The notes beneath the pieces were generated by a model, which saw nothing but the letters and a program-made list of their open reading frames with translations, did not search any database and was not told the DNA's origin. Both the position numbers and the translations under genes were made by a program. Below are positions 50,607 through 63,374 of a stretch of DNA of 64,000 bases, piece after piece. This stretch comes from Malacoraja senta (Eukaryota): positions 10,604,001 through 10,668,000 of the forward strand of contig CM075993.1 of NCBI GenBank assembly GCA_038087875.1, read 5' to 3'. How positions within the stretch are numbered: the stretch's first letter is position 1; every line of letters starts with the position of its first letter.

Positions 50607-51853
50607 AGCGATATTCAACAGCAAATCAGAGACACACAGTGAAAGGTTCATCTGATACCGAGTTATGGATATCATGACAAATGTGGGAGGTGCCTCATAT
50701 ATTTGGAAATAAAATTGGGGTTGCTAGTCCTACGAAGTGTGACATTAAAATGGCTGGTGCATCATGAAACACATCAGCAACATCGGTAGACAGAGAACTA
50801 AATATACAAGTTCTCTGGCACAATGGCGCAGCTGCTGCCTCACAGCACCAGAGACCTTGGCTCACTCCTGACTCGGGTGCTGTCAGTGTGGAGCTTCCAC
50901 ACTTCCCTTGTGACAGTGTGGGTTTTCTCCGGGTGCTCCGGTTTAGATGCGCAGGTTTGTAGGTTAATTGTTCCCTGTAAATTGTCCCTAGTGTGTAGGG
51001 AGTGGAATGTAAAAGTAGGATAACATGGAACTAGTGTGAACAGCTGATCAATGGCAAGTGTGGACTTGGTGGGCCAAAGAGCTTGTTTAGATGCTGTATC
51101 TTTCAATCAAACAAAAACAGATAAACAAAAATAAAAATACCTGCCAGGCTGTCAGATCAGACCCATTGTGTAGTCAAAGCACTAATTTAAAAGTATTCAA
51201 AACATTTATAAAACCACTTTCTCAGAAACTACTTCCCTCTCTCAAAACGTGCATTGCCTGAAACAGACATTCAAATCTTGACAGTACCCGAAGTGGGAAA
51301 AAAAAAATTCCCTAATGTTGTTCGACTAACCTACATAAACTAAACAGGAAGCTTCAGTGTCACTATCTCTAGGCAACACAGCATTAAACTATGGACACGG
51401 CTTTGCAAGGCAAGCAATATTTCAAATGTAATGATAGAACTTTAACTGCATGTTAAAATCATACTGTGATTACAATCGGTCTCCAAATTCAACACACTGT
51501 AGTCCAACTGAGGATATGAGCAAGTCTACATACCCACCAGTATTTACAAAAAATATAACCAATGAAAAACATTGTGCAACAATTGACGAAACAAGGAACT
51601 GCAGATGCTGCTTTTCAAAAAAAGGACTCAAAGTGCTGGAGTAACTCAGCAGGTCATGCAGCATCACCGGAGAACATGTATACAGTTCCCTCCATAATGT
51701 TTGGGACAAAGACCCATAATTTATTTATTTGCCTCTGTACTCCACAATTTGAGATTTGTAATAGGAAAAAATCAAATGTGGTTAAAGTGCAGTCAGATTT
51801 TATTAAAAAGGTATATTTGATACATTTTGGTTTCACCACGTAGAAATTGCAGC

Positions 51854-52290
51854 TAAGTAAGTACGTTTATTGGCCAAGTATTCATATACAAGGAATTTGC
51901 CTTGGTGCTCCGCCCACAAGTAACAACATGACATAGTGACACTTACAAATGACTCAGAAAACACTAAACATTAATAATAATAAAACATTAATGATAAAAC
52001 ACCATTGATCAAGCATGTGAACCAACAAAATACCAGATCAAAGGGCAGCTACAGATTTTTGGCTGTTGAGTAGAGCAACTACTCGTGGATAAAAACTGTT
52101 TTTATGTCTGGCTCTAGCAGCTTTGACAGTCCGGAGTCGCCTTCCAGAGGGAAGCGATTCAAAGAGTTTGTGGCCAGGGTGAGAGGGGTCAGAGATGATC
52201 TTGCCCACTCGCTTCCTGGCCCTTGCAGTGTACAGTTCATCAATGGAGGGAAGGTTGCAGCCAATAACCTGCTCTGCTGATCGGACATAG
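51854..52290 (-). mobile_element. Rex1/Babar LINE 3' fragment nested in the Tc1 left TIR
   Basis: ORF end DPSHPGHKLFESLPSGRRLRTVKAARARHKNSFYPRVVALLN, typical of the Rex1 C-terminus, plus 3' UTR. Confidence 0.8.
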
Positions 52291-53013
52291 TTCCCCCCCC
52301 CCTCCCCTGTCCCCCCTGTTAGAGACATCAGCCAAACCTTAGGCTTACCAAAATCAACTGTTTGGAACATTATTAAGAAGAAAGAGAGCACTGGTGAGCT
52401 TGCTAATCACAAAGGGACTGGTAGGCCAAAGAAGACATCCATAGCTGATGACAGAAGAACTCTCTCTATAATAAAGAAAAATCCCCAAAAACCTGTCCAA
52501 CAGATCAGAAATACTCTTCAGGAGTCAGGTGTGGATTTGTCAATGACCACTGTCCGCAGAAGACTTCATGAACAGAAATACAGAGGCTGCACTGCAAGAT
52601 GCAAACCACTGGTTAGCTGCAAAAATAGGATGGCCAGGTTACGGTTTGCCAAGAAGTACTTAAAAGAGCAACCACAGTTCTGGAAAAAGGTCTAGTGGAC
52701 AGATAAGACAAATATTAACTTATATCAGAGTGATGGCAAGAGTAAAGTATGAAGGAGAGAAGGAACTGTCCAAGATCCAAAGCATACCACCTCATCTGTG
52801 AAACACAGTGATGGGGGTGTTATGGCCTGGGCATGTATGGCTGCTGAAGGTGCTGGCTCACTTATCTTCATTGATGATACAACTGCTGATGGTAATAGCA
52901 TTCTGAAGTGTATAACGAATTCTGAAGTGTATAGACACATCTTATCTGCTCAAGTTCAAACAAATGCCACAAAACTTATTGGCCAACAGTTCATTCTACA
53001 ACAAGACAATGAT

Positions 53014-53897
53014 CGCCGTTTGGAGCCACTAGGGGCGCCGCATTGAAGGCAGCCTCTGCCTACAGTCTGTCTGTTTTTTTTCTATTTTTTTTTAAATTTT
53101 AGTTTGTCTAAACAGTTTGTTTTGGGGATTCTTTCGTTTTTCTATGTGGGGGAGTGGGGTAGAGTAAGGGGGGGAAACGTTTCCCAGTCGCTTCCTGGCG
53201 AGGATGCGACTATTTCTCCGAGTCGCGTCCTCGCCCCCCTCCTCGTGGCCTACCATCTGGATCGGAGCGGACTTTCCTACCAGAGACTGGGGACCGGACC
53301 AGAGCTACAACAGCGGCGGCGCGACGCTGGATTCACCGCGGAGCGGGCGATACCTACCTGGATCGCCGTTTGGAGCTCCGGAGCGTTGGGCCGCTGCTCT
53401 AACATCGCGGGGCTGCGGTTCGCGGAGCTCCCAGCGCGGGTGGCACTGACCGACATCGCAGACTCCTGGGACCCTTTGCCGAGGGCCGCCAGCGTTGAAT
53501 CTCTGCCCGGCGTGGCCTGGGGACTTCGGGAGCCGCGGACTCCGGTGGGAAGCGGACGATTGGGAGGTCCATGCCGCTGAGGTTAGCCTCCCGTTCCGAC
53601 GTCGGAGTTCCAACATCCCGGCGAGCGGGCCTGAGTGGCGGGCTGCCCGTAGCGGCGACTGCGGTGGGCTCCGGAGGCCCTGACCACGGGTGAACATCAG
53701 GAACATTAGAGGAAGATGACTGACTTTGGTGCCTTCCCTCACAGTGGGAAACTTTGATTCTGCTGTGTGGGGATGTTTTATGTTGAACTCTATCGTGTGT
53801 TGTGTTGTTTATTTTATTGTATGGCTGTATGGTGATCACACATTTCACTGTGCCAACTGGCACATGTGACAAATAAATGTATCTTGTATCTTGTATC
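53014..53897 (+). mobile_element. GC-rich non-autonomous retroelement with Rex1-like tail nested in the Tc1 transposase
   Basis: Splits QQDND / KHTAK; ends GTGACAAATAAATGT(ATCTTGT)n; the tail is shared with 15878-16060 (-) and 58433-58616 (+), the head with 49657-50232 (-). Confidence 0.65.
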
Positions 53898-54572
53898 CGA
53901 TTCCAAACATACTGCTAAAGCAACAAAGGAGTTTTTCAAGTCTAAAAAATGGTCGATTCTTGAGTGGCCAAGTAAATCACCCAATCTGAACCCAATTGAT
54001 CATGCCTTTTATACACTGAAGAGAAAACTGAAGGGGACTAGCCCCTAAAAGAAGCATAACCTAAAGATGGCTGCAATACTGGCCTGGCAGAGCGTCACCA
54101 GAGAAGACACCCAGCAAATGGTATGTCCATGAATTGCAGACTTCAAGCAGTCATTGCATGCAAAGGATATGCCACACAATATTAAACATGACTACTTTCA
54201 TTTACATGACATTGCTGTGTCCCAAACATTATGGTGCCCTGAAATGGGGGAACCATGTATAAACACTGCTGTAATTTCTACATGGTGAAACCAAAAAGTA
54301 TAAAAATGGCCTACGTTAAAATCTGACAATGTGCACTTTAACCACGTGATTTTTTCTATTACAAATCTCAAATTGTGGAGTACAGAGGCAAATAAATGAT
54401 GGGTCTTTGTCCCAAACATTATGACGTTTTGAGACCTGGCGCTGGTCACCTATCCATGTTCTTCAGACATGCTGCCTGACCCGCTGAGTTACTCCGACAC
54501 TTTGTGTCTTTTTTTGTGCAACAATTGTATTCTACCTTAAGGATAGTATGTAACTCAAAATTTTAGCCATAC

Positions 54573-54595
54573 CTTCCACAGTGAACACTTGAACA
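54573..54595 (-). CDS. USP3: USP3 exon 2, 3' part only (5' part lost in N gap)
   Basis: Reads CSSVHCG(R) followed by donor AG|GTATGG; abuts the N run starting at 54596. Confidence 0.9.
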
Positions 54596-54795
54596 NNNNN
54601 NNNNNNNNNNNNNNNNNNNNNNNNNNNNNNNNNNNNNNNNNNNNNNNNNNNNNNNNNNNNNNNNNNNNNNNNNNNNNNNNNNNNNNNNNNNNNNNNNNNN
54701 NNNNNNNNNNNNNNNNNNNNNNNNNNNNNNNNNNNNNNNNNNNNNNNNNNNNNNNNNNNNNNNNNNNNNNNNNNNNNNNNNNNNNNNNNNNNNNN
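54596..54795. other. Assembly gap (200 N)
   Basis: Run of exactly 200 N. Confidence 1.
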
Positions 54796-57700
54796 TCTCT
54801 CTCTGTACAACTCTCCTCACCCCTTCCTTTTCCTGTTTTGCACGTGCTTAAAATCTACTACATTGCTAACTTGGAACAAAAACCAGAATGCTGAAAGACT
54901 TGGTTCGAGCAGCATCTGACGAGGCAAAAGATATATCATCATTTCATCAATTCTTGTCATAACTAAAAACGTCAAAGCGACGTTTTGCCTCCATAGTTGC
55001 AGCATGAAGCACTGAGTACATACTCTCATCCTGTTCTTTGGTCCAGATTCCAGCATATAAAGTCTCGTTGGCCTAAATTTCTAACACTGATTATAGGTTA
55101 TCAACCTTGAATGTTAGCATTTCGCTTTCCACTGATCAGTAATTTTGATTAAAAATATAGCATGGTTTGCAAAGGATAATGTATACAAGTAATTAATGCT
55201 TCATGAGAATTCTACTGTATAATAGGTAAACTTTCAGCAGCAAGCCCTCAGGTGTTGATTAACTATTTAAGTGCAATGGGTATTAAATATTTACCAGCAA
55301 TTTTTCACTCCCAAACAATCAGACCATTTGACTGACTCAAATTGTCTACTAACGTAGCTGATAACTGATTAATATGGATGACAGAAATATTTGTTCGTAT
55401 TGTGTTCCAAGGAACCAACGACGAATGGAACACAATATGAACAAATATCATCAAGCAGCCTCCAAATTCTGTTCAAATTCAAATGCAACTTAAGAAAAAC
55501 AATCTTATTTCAAACACAAGGATAAAGAATTTCTTCAAATGCTCATTTTTCATATTTGAAAAATTCAAGGCCCTAGTAAAATTCTTGCTTCAGATCCTTA
55601 TAAAGAGTCAAATCAACAGCAGGAATTTTAATTTGGTTATTAGTTACATGAGGACACAGGAGACTGCGGATGCTGGAACCTGGAGCAAAAACCAAGCTGC
55701 CGGAGGAACTGCTGGACAACATCCGACCCAAGATAGACAAGATAATCAGATTGAACTGTCAACCATTCTGTTGCATCCGAGTTGCTTCAGTGGTTTGTTT
55801 GTTGTTGTTATATGAATAAAATGGTCTACCAGGATAACTGTTCTCATTTAACCTGCACATGTAATGGTGACTGTAGCATTCTTACTGTTTGTACCACATT
55901 ACTTCAAATTTTGGTTAAATTAACTTTCACGACAAAATGTTTATCTATTTCCTCTGGTTTTCTCTTTTTATCTGCATGGCTTTCATTCATACATCGTTAA
56001 TCAGAAGTAATGCAAACGTCGTGAAATCTATTTTAATTTGCCGGTTTAAAACTTCTAACAATTTCAAACATCCTAAAATTTGTGGTACAATATTTATCTC
56101 CATAAATTATGACTTTTGAATTAGAGATGCAGCATGGAAACAGACCCTTCAGCCCACACCGACCATTGATTACCCCTTCATATTTGTTCTGTTATCCCAC
56201 TTTCCACACACATTAGGGGCTATTTACAGAGGCTAATCAACCTACAGACCTGCACGTCTTTGGGATAGGAGAGGAAACTGGAGCAGCCACAGGAAACGGA
56301 GAAGTGCAAACTATACACAGACACCAGCCAATGTTAGGTAGGATCAAACACAGGTCTCTGGCATTGAGGCAGCAGCTCTACCAGCTGTGCCACAATCCCT
56401 ATTATGGTTGATAATTAACTCATGCATTACGTCAAAAGCCTCTGGTAACAATTATTTAAATAGAATCGACAGTTCTGGCTAATTTATCCCACAGGAAAAA
56501 AAGCGCCCTAAAATAGAAGTGACGCCAAACAAATCAAGATAATCAGTTACATTTGCTTAAATTAAATCATTTAAATAACCTGGCAAAATTAAAGGGGTAG
56601 TGGGAGAGGGTTGTATAGCTATAAATTAGGTATACTAGAATTTCTAAACCCCAATTTAATCCATATGGCCGATTATTGTTCCTTGGCAAATACAACAATC
56701 CAAGTTCCATGCTGAGCCTCGGAAATACGCAAAAGCTACTACAATGAATCAGGGTTGCAATAAGAACAGTTCTATTATTCTGACAAGCCCTGAAATAAAC
56801 ATCTGATTTTGCAGAAATCATTTCCTTCCCTTCCCATCCCATGTTGTTTTCATGTTACCTCCCAGCTTGACTTTTCACTGGGAATTTTTGCCACCTTTAA
56901 AGTTAACATCAGCTGGCCCTCCAATTTTTGCTGCCCATTTCATTTATCAGGTAGATAAACAGCATGATGATTAACCCTATGTTTCAACCCCCAAAAGAAA
57001 AACTACAATTTGTTATTGCAAGTTAATTCCCCATATTGTGTCACAGAGGCCCTGTAGTGAAATAGAAGAGGAACCCTCCTAAACCAGATGTGACACTGGC
57101 CTTTGCACTTCCTCTTGCAAACCCCACCACTAGCAGGAAACAGGCCTCTTCAAAATAGTTTCATGATTACTTAATCCTTCACAAAACTATTGTTTAAAAG
57201 TTGCATTTCCACTCTCAGGATCGATCCCCTGCTAATGCCATTGTGCAATGCATATGATGTGTAGTTTCCGTACATTTCAAAATTACTGGTTCAATATTTA
57301 AATGCTTCAATACATTCATGCTTTTAAATTAATTGTTCACCAGTTAGATCTCAGATACTGCAACACTTCAACTACAAAAGCATGTTAATGATTGAAAATA
57401 TATAGATGTATTTCACAAGTAGATCCTTCTTTATAATAAGCCTTGATCTTTATTTCAAAACAGTTTAATTTCAGTTACAGGGAGTGAATATTTAGGACAA
57501 TGGATCAGATACCAATCTAACTTTAATTGTATAAACACTGAGCTGAGGGTGGGGGGGGCAGCCTTGCCTTGCATAACAAAATCTATTCCAAGGAGTCTGA
57601 AGAAGAGTCTCCATACGAAACATCACCGTCCATGTTCTCCAGAGATGCTGTCTGACCTGCTGCGTTACACCAGCAATGTCTCTTTTTTCCTCCCCCAAGG

Positions 57701-57919
57701 AGTTAGAAACTAGAAACATAGAAAATAGGTGCAGGAATAGGCCATTCGGCCCTTCAAGCAAGCACCACCAATCAATATGATCATGGCTGATCATACAAAA
57801 TTAGTATCCCGTTCCTGCTTTTTCCCCAAACACGTCTTAGAACATAGAAAAATACAGCACAAGAACAGGCCCTTCAGCCCACAATAACTGTGCCAATCAA
57901 GATGCCAAGACCAAATCTT

Positions 57920-59117
57920 ATGAATGAATGAATGAATGGGTTTATTGGCCTAGTATTCACATACAAGGAATTTGCCTTGGCGCTCAGCCCGCAAGTAACA
58001 TGACATCGTGACATTTAGGAATGACACATAAAACATTAACAATAAAACATTATTAATTAACCATGTGAATTAAATAAAATACCAGAGCAAAAGGAGGCTA
58101 CAGATTTTTAGTTAAAGAGTAGAGCTACTACTCGTGGAAAAAAAGCTGTTTTTATGTCTGGCTGTGGCAGCTTTGACAGTCCGGAGTCACTTCCAGAGGG
58201 AAGTGATTCAAAGAGTTTGTGGCCAGGGGGAGAGGGGTCAGAGATGATCTTACCTGCTCGCTTCCTGGCCCTTGCAGTGTACAGTTCGTCAATGGAGGGA
58301 AGGTTGCCGCCAATAACCTTCTCAGCTGATCGGACGATTCGCTGCAGCCTCCGGGTGTCGTGCTTGGTGGCTGAGCCAAACCAGACCACGATGGAGAAGG
58401 TGAGGACAGACTCTACGATGGGTGTATAGAATCTGGACTTTGCTGCCTTCCCCCACAGTGGGAACCATTGTGGGGGGGTGTTTTTATGGTTATTGTTAAA
58501 TTCTGTTAAATTCTTTAATGTTGTGTATTATCTTTATTCATGTGCTGCATTGGCAAGTCGAATTTCACTACACCAAGTGGTGTATGTGACAATAAATGTC
58601 CTTTGTCCTTTGTCCTTAGAATTGGACCATCATTGCCTGTGGCAGATTGTGCTTCCTCAGCTGCTACAGGAAGTACATCCTCTGTTGTGTCTTTTTGACG
58701 GTGGAGTTGATGGTAGCCCCCCCCCCCCCCCCATTTAAGGTCCTTGGAGATGATGGTTCCCAGGAACTTAAGACTCCACAGATGTGACTGTGGTGTTGTT
58801 GATGGTGAATGGGGTGAGGGGGAGGGGGAATCTACAATCAATTCCAATGTGTTAAGAGCATTGAGCTCCAGGTTGTTGCGATGGCACCAGGACGCCAGCT
58901 GTGTCACTTCCTGTCTATAGGCAGATTCCTCCCCATCCTGGATCAGTCCAATCAGGGTTGTGTCAGCCGCAAACTTGAGAAACTTGACAGAGGAGACCGT
59001 GAAGTTGCAGTCATTGGTGTAGAGAGAGTAGAGGAGAGGGGAGAGTACACAGCCTTGCGGTGCTCCTAAGCTGAGGGTCTGCGGGTCCAAGATGTGCTTT
59101 CCCAGCCTCACATGCTG
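57920..59117 (-). mobile_element. Rex1/Babar LINE, 5'-truncated, with a nested insert at 58433-58616
   Basis: [34 protein letters not shown]; (ATTC)n tail on the minus strand; same subfamily as 51854-52290. Confidence 0.88.
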
Positions 59118-59679
59118 CCTGCACTGCATCTCGGACACACGTACACACTCCGTACAGACAGCACCCGTAGTGCCTGCACTAAATCCTTATCCCCCCCCCT
59201 CCCATTCCTTGCATTTCCATACGTCTATCCAAAATTTCACTATTGTATCATTATAACGCTCAACAATATGCTTAATGATAGATGCAAGAAACTGCAGATC
59301 TTGGAATCTTGAGCAGAAAGTCACAAAGTGCTGGAGTAACTCAGTATATCAGGCAGCATCTCTGGAGAAAATGGACAGGCAATGTTTCAGGTTGGGACCT
59401 TTCTTCAGCCTGCTTAATAATAATGGATGCCAAGAGATTTACTGCAATGCATGGAGAAACAAGAAGGTGCAGATGCTGGAATCTTGACCAAAAAAACAAA
59501 ATGCTGGACGAACTCAGCAGGTCAGACAGCATCTGTGGAGGGAATGGACATGTCATTTTGAGTTGGGTCTAAAGAAACGTCTCGTCCCAAAACGTCATCT
59601 GTCCATTCCTTCCACAGATGCTGCCTGGCCCGCTGAGCTCCTCCAACACTTTTTTTTTGTTGCAATAACACACGATTGT

Positions 59680-59990
59680 CTTTAGTTTAGTTTAGAGCTA
59701 CAGGGCGGAAACAGGCCCTTCGGCCTACCGAGTCTGCACCGACCAGCGATTCCCGCACATCAACACCATCCCACACACACTAGGGACAATCAAAACTTAT
59801 ACCAAGCCAATTAACCAACAAACTTGAACATCTTTGGAGTGTGGGAGTAAACCGAAGATCTCAGAGAAAACCCACGCAGGTCACAGGGAGAACGTACACA
59901 CTCCATACAGAGAGCACCCGTATTGGGGATCGAGCCCGGGCATCCGGCGCTGCAAGGCGGCAATTCTACTGCTGCGCCACCGTGTCGCAC
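59680..59990 (-). mobile_element. tRNA-derived SINE, near full length
   Basis: Head CACGGTGGCGCAGCAGTAGA...GGCTCGATCC, conserved core, (TAAAC)n tail. Confidence 0.85.
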
Positions 59991-62900
59991 TGTTTTCTGA
60001 TGCACTAACACAATGGAACAAATGCCAATGTTTTGTATACTATTGTTCTTCGGTCCTCACTGTGCAGCTGAAAGTTACTAATTCAACTGCTTTGTAAAGT
60101 AATGTTGTGAGAATGCCATCACTTTTACTACTTGCAACATTGCCAACAGTTTTCTGCAAGTCCTTTGAAAAATATTTTAAGAACATTTCCTGTTGGCCAG
60201 CCACTGGACCAAATAGATTGAAAAAATTACAAACTTATTAATGCAGAACTAAATTAATATAGCTAAGCATTCCTTGCACAATTGCCAAAATTCTAAGCAT
60301 ACCATTCCTCTGTTGATTATCCTAAGGCAGGTGTTGACTACTTTATTCTAAATCAGGTTAATCTCCTCGGCTAAAAATATAAGATGGAGAAATGTCAGCC
60401 AAATGTACTAATTGCCTGTATAACTAGGTGGAATTTCCACCCCTACGTGTAAGCTGACAGATAATGATAGATTCAACTACAAGACAATTCAACAGAGATA
60501 TTGCTATTTTACTATATACAACTCATATAGTATAGGGCAGGCCACGGTGGCACAGTTGCTGCCTCACAGCGCTTGCAGCGCCGGAGACCCTGGATCGATC
60601 CCGACCACGGGTGCCGTCTGTAAGGAGCTGGCACGTTCTCCCCATGACCACGTGGGTCCTCTACCAAATCTTCTGTTTCCTTCTGTACTCCATAGTTCTG
60701 ATAAAAGAGCACTGACCCGAAACATCAAATCTGCTTTTTTCACAAATCCTGCCCGACCCAAATACTTAGCAATTTCTGGTTTCAAGACAGTTATTTACAA
60801 GAGTAAGCAACATTCTAAATTGCAATTTTGCCCATTCTGCAATACCTAGCCTCGACAATAGCCTCCATCATCCAAATCCCATGTCTGTCTACCCAATTAC
60901 AGATCTCATGAATCAAGCCAATCACATTCGAGGATTGCTCATCCCGAACGTTAGGTCGGGACTTATCAATGACAAATTTAGGAAGCGGCATCAGAATGTT
61001 AATCTTGACAAGAGGTATTAAAAATTAGAACATTTATCACATGGATAGAAACAGTTTCTGCAAGAAGGATATGCAACTAGAGGACTCTGATTGAAGATAA
61101 CTGCCTAAAGAAACAAGAGATGATTTTTATGAGAGAAAAAATGCAGCCTGGAATGTTTTGCCTGTAAAACTGGTAGAAACAGATCCAATAATAACTGTTA
61201 CTGGGGAATTGGATAAAAGACATGAAAAAAGCTCTTTCAATAAGACCAGAGTCACACTGGTCCAAATAGCTTCTCCCCTGTGTTATACGACTATGATTCT
61301 GACACTTGGAATGGATCTTCGCCAGGAGGTGAACACGCCGACATTAATTATTCGCATGAGGGCCTCAACTACAATTATCGTAAGATCTCAAAATTGTATT
61401 CTCCTGGCAGAAATGAGGACAGCATTGCCCAGTTTACAACTCCCATTCACAATGTCACACAACAGCTAGTTAATTATACATGCCTGTTCCTTGGCTGCTT
61501 TGATGATCACAGTGACAATACATCACCGGATAATACCCATTTATAACATTTGGGACTGCATGACAGACAAGGCTTTAATTTAAAAGGTCTATTATGCTAC
61601 ATCCAAGAAGGTTATGAGATCACAGGTATAGTCACAACTGATCTATATTTCAATACACTCCCATCAAAGTCCTTATTTGGGAGTCAGATGGTAAATATGT
61701 CAATGGAACACCACACTTGAAACCAAAACAACCTTGGGAGAAAATGCCAAGAAAAAACAAGACTGCTTTTAAACTCCGCAAACTGGAACGATTTATTTTC
61801 CGCATGGAAAATGCTCAAAAAACAAAATAATTAACATTTTGGACAGTTAATGTATAATATACATTCTTAAAACAGGATGTCTTAATAGGCTTCCCTTGAT
61901 TACAACTAGCAGGAAAAAAATCTTCTGCAGAACCCAATTTAATTTTTAATTAAATATATTCCAGATTTTCCATGCAGTTAAAAGAAATGTTATGTTCCTA
62001 TTCTGAAGTCAAGATTAGAAACCCTGGAGGTTACTCGCTGCAGAGTACACTACAAGTCCACTACAAGAAGGCAGCAGCAGTACAGGATTTCCAGGGCTTC
62101 AACTCCCTGTGTTAGAATACCACCATTCCCATCACACACATGGTTAAGAAGCTTACAGATGTGAACATTATCTGTGGGGAAATTGTTTTAAAAATCTTGG
62201 CTTGGTTATTTGCCATTAAAGCTGCTAATAATTATGCAGAAAACTTCACCTCACTAAACTGAAAGTCATATTGTATTCCTCGCCGCCTTAGGGTGCAGCC
62301 AGACAAAGCAGATTAGATGTCAATCCCATCCTGTCTCCATCATACGAGTTTTATCAGTGTATGATTCACGTACAGAAAATTCTGCAATAAATTGGCCTGT
62401 AAAACAGTTAAATTTACCAGGCGCAATTTCCCATTAAACCTAAAGCAGATTGGAACAAGTTTCCTCCAGACGTTACACTGGGCAGCCCAGACAATGGAAA
62501 CAATGTAGGGCCTAATTACTCTACGAGAAGAAAGTCAGTCTGGTCTGACTCCGAACGCCTTTACACAAAGAAAGTCATCGAAGTCATCTGGGTACACACT
62601 AATCCACTTATTCTCCCTCACAAAATAAATACCGCATTCCTGCAACAAAAAAACCCGGCGGTTTATTGAAGTGAAATGCCTGCGTGCATCACAACTTTAT
62701 GGATGGTACGTGGCAAAAATGTCAATCCAGTGTGGGGTTACCTTTCAAATAAACACAGGCAATCTACTCCGCACCAAAAACTTCTAAATCCAGCCTCCAG
62801 GCAGTCTAATTCAATTGGTCGGAGACTTTTTAGTGGAGCTGCAATCTTGCGTTTTGCCCAGGGGGATAAATCGGGTTAAAGGCAAGAGAAGTGGAGAAAG

Positions 62901-63284
62901 CATTGGATTTATGTGCAGGATTAAGAGGGAGAATGTGCCAACGTGACCTCGAGTCTGAGCCCCAGGCGCCAGCCACCCACTCCACACAAAGCTCAGAGGC
63001 TCTGTTGAGAAGAGACCTTGTTACACCTCCAATTTTTGTGGTTTTGAATCATATATAAAACAGCTTTTCTGGTGTTTTAGTTGTACACGGTGGGCCGGGA
63101 TCAAGCCTGCCGAGGACCGGCCTTTCCTGGCGCTTTGGCGCCGGGAGAGATGCAGCTGTCGAGCGGAGGGAGCGCTGAAGCGCTGCCCTTTCTTTAAAAA
63201 AAAAAGCACAACACACAATGCAAAGATTACAAAGAGGGAAAGTGCGCCCAAGATATGGAGAGAGCGGAACCGTGCGGCACTCAC

Positions 63285-63374
63285 CGGCACAGCACCAGGA
63301 GGACGGCGACCCGTTGGGGAACTTGGTGGAATCTGGCACGATGCAGACGCTGGTCGCCAAGTGGGGCACTCCAT
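63285..63374 (-). CDS. USP3: USP3 coding exon 1 (start of ZnF-UBP domain); apparent 1-bp deletion in a C run
   Basis: ATG at 63374-63372 reads MECP, then in a shifted frame HLATSVCIVPDSTKFPNGSPSSWCCA, matching the recalled vertebrate USP3 N-terminus MECPHLSSSVCIAPDSAKFPNGSPSSWCCS. Donor G|GTGAGT at 63284. Length is 90 nt; 91 nt is needed for frame. Confidence 0.93.

Larger units (their letters stand above)
51683..54423 (+). mobile_element. Tc1 (IR/DR-type) transposon, defective, with two nested retroelement insertions
   Basis: TA|CAGTTCCCTCCATAATGTTTGGGACA left end; about 170-200-bp inverted repeat at 54216-54423 with an inner direct repeat; transposase remnants 52316-53013 and 53898-54180 (GRPKK, WTD, QQDND, KHTAK, WPSKSPNLNPI) with stop codons; right terminal ~12 bp missing. 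Confidence 0.93.

Noticed and set aside
53104..53872. Several 80-160-aa ORFs
   Set aside because: GC-rich retroelement insert lacking stops by composition; no recognisable protein.
61158..61546. Two overlapping ORFs in intron 1
   Set aside because: No recognisable domain or splice context; probably decayed repeat or chance.
406..63374. U12-type introns in USP3 (several GTATG donors)
   Set aside because: No donor matches GTATCCTT; all look like ordinary GT-AG U2 introns.
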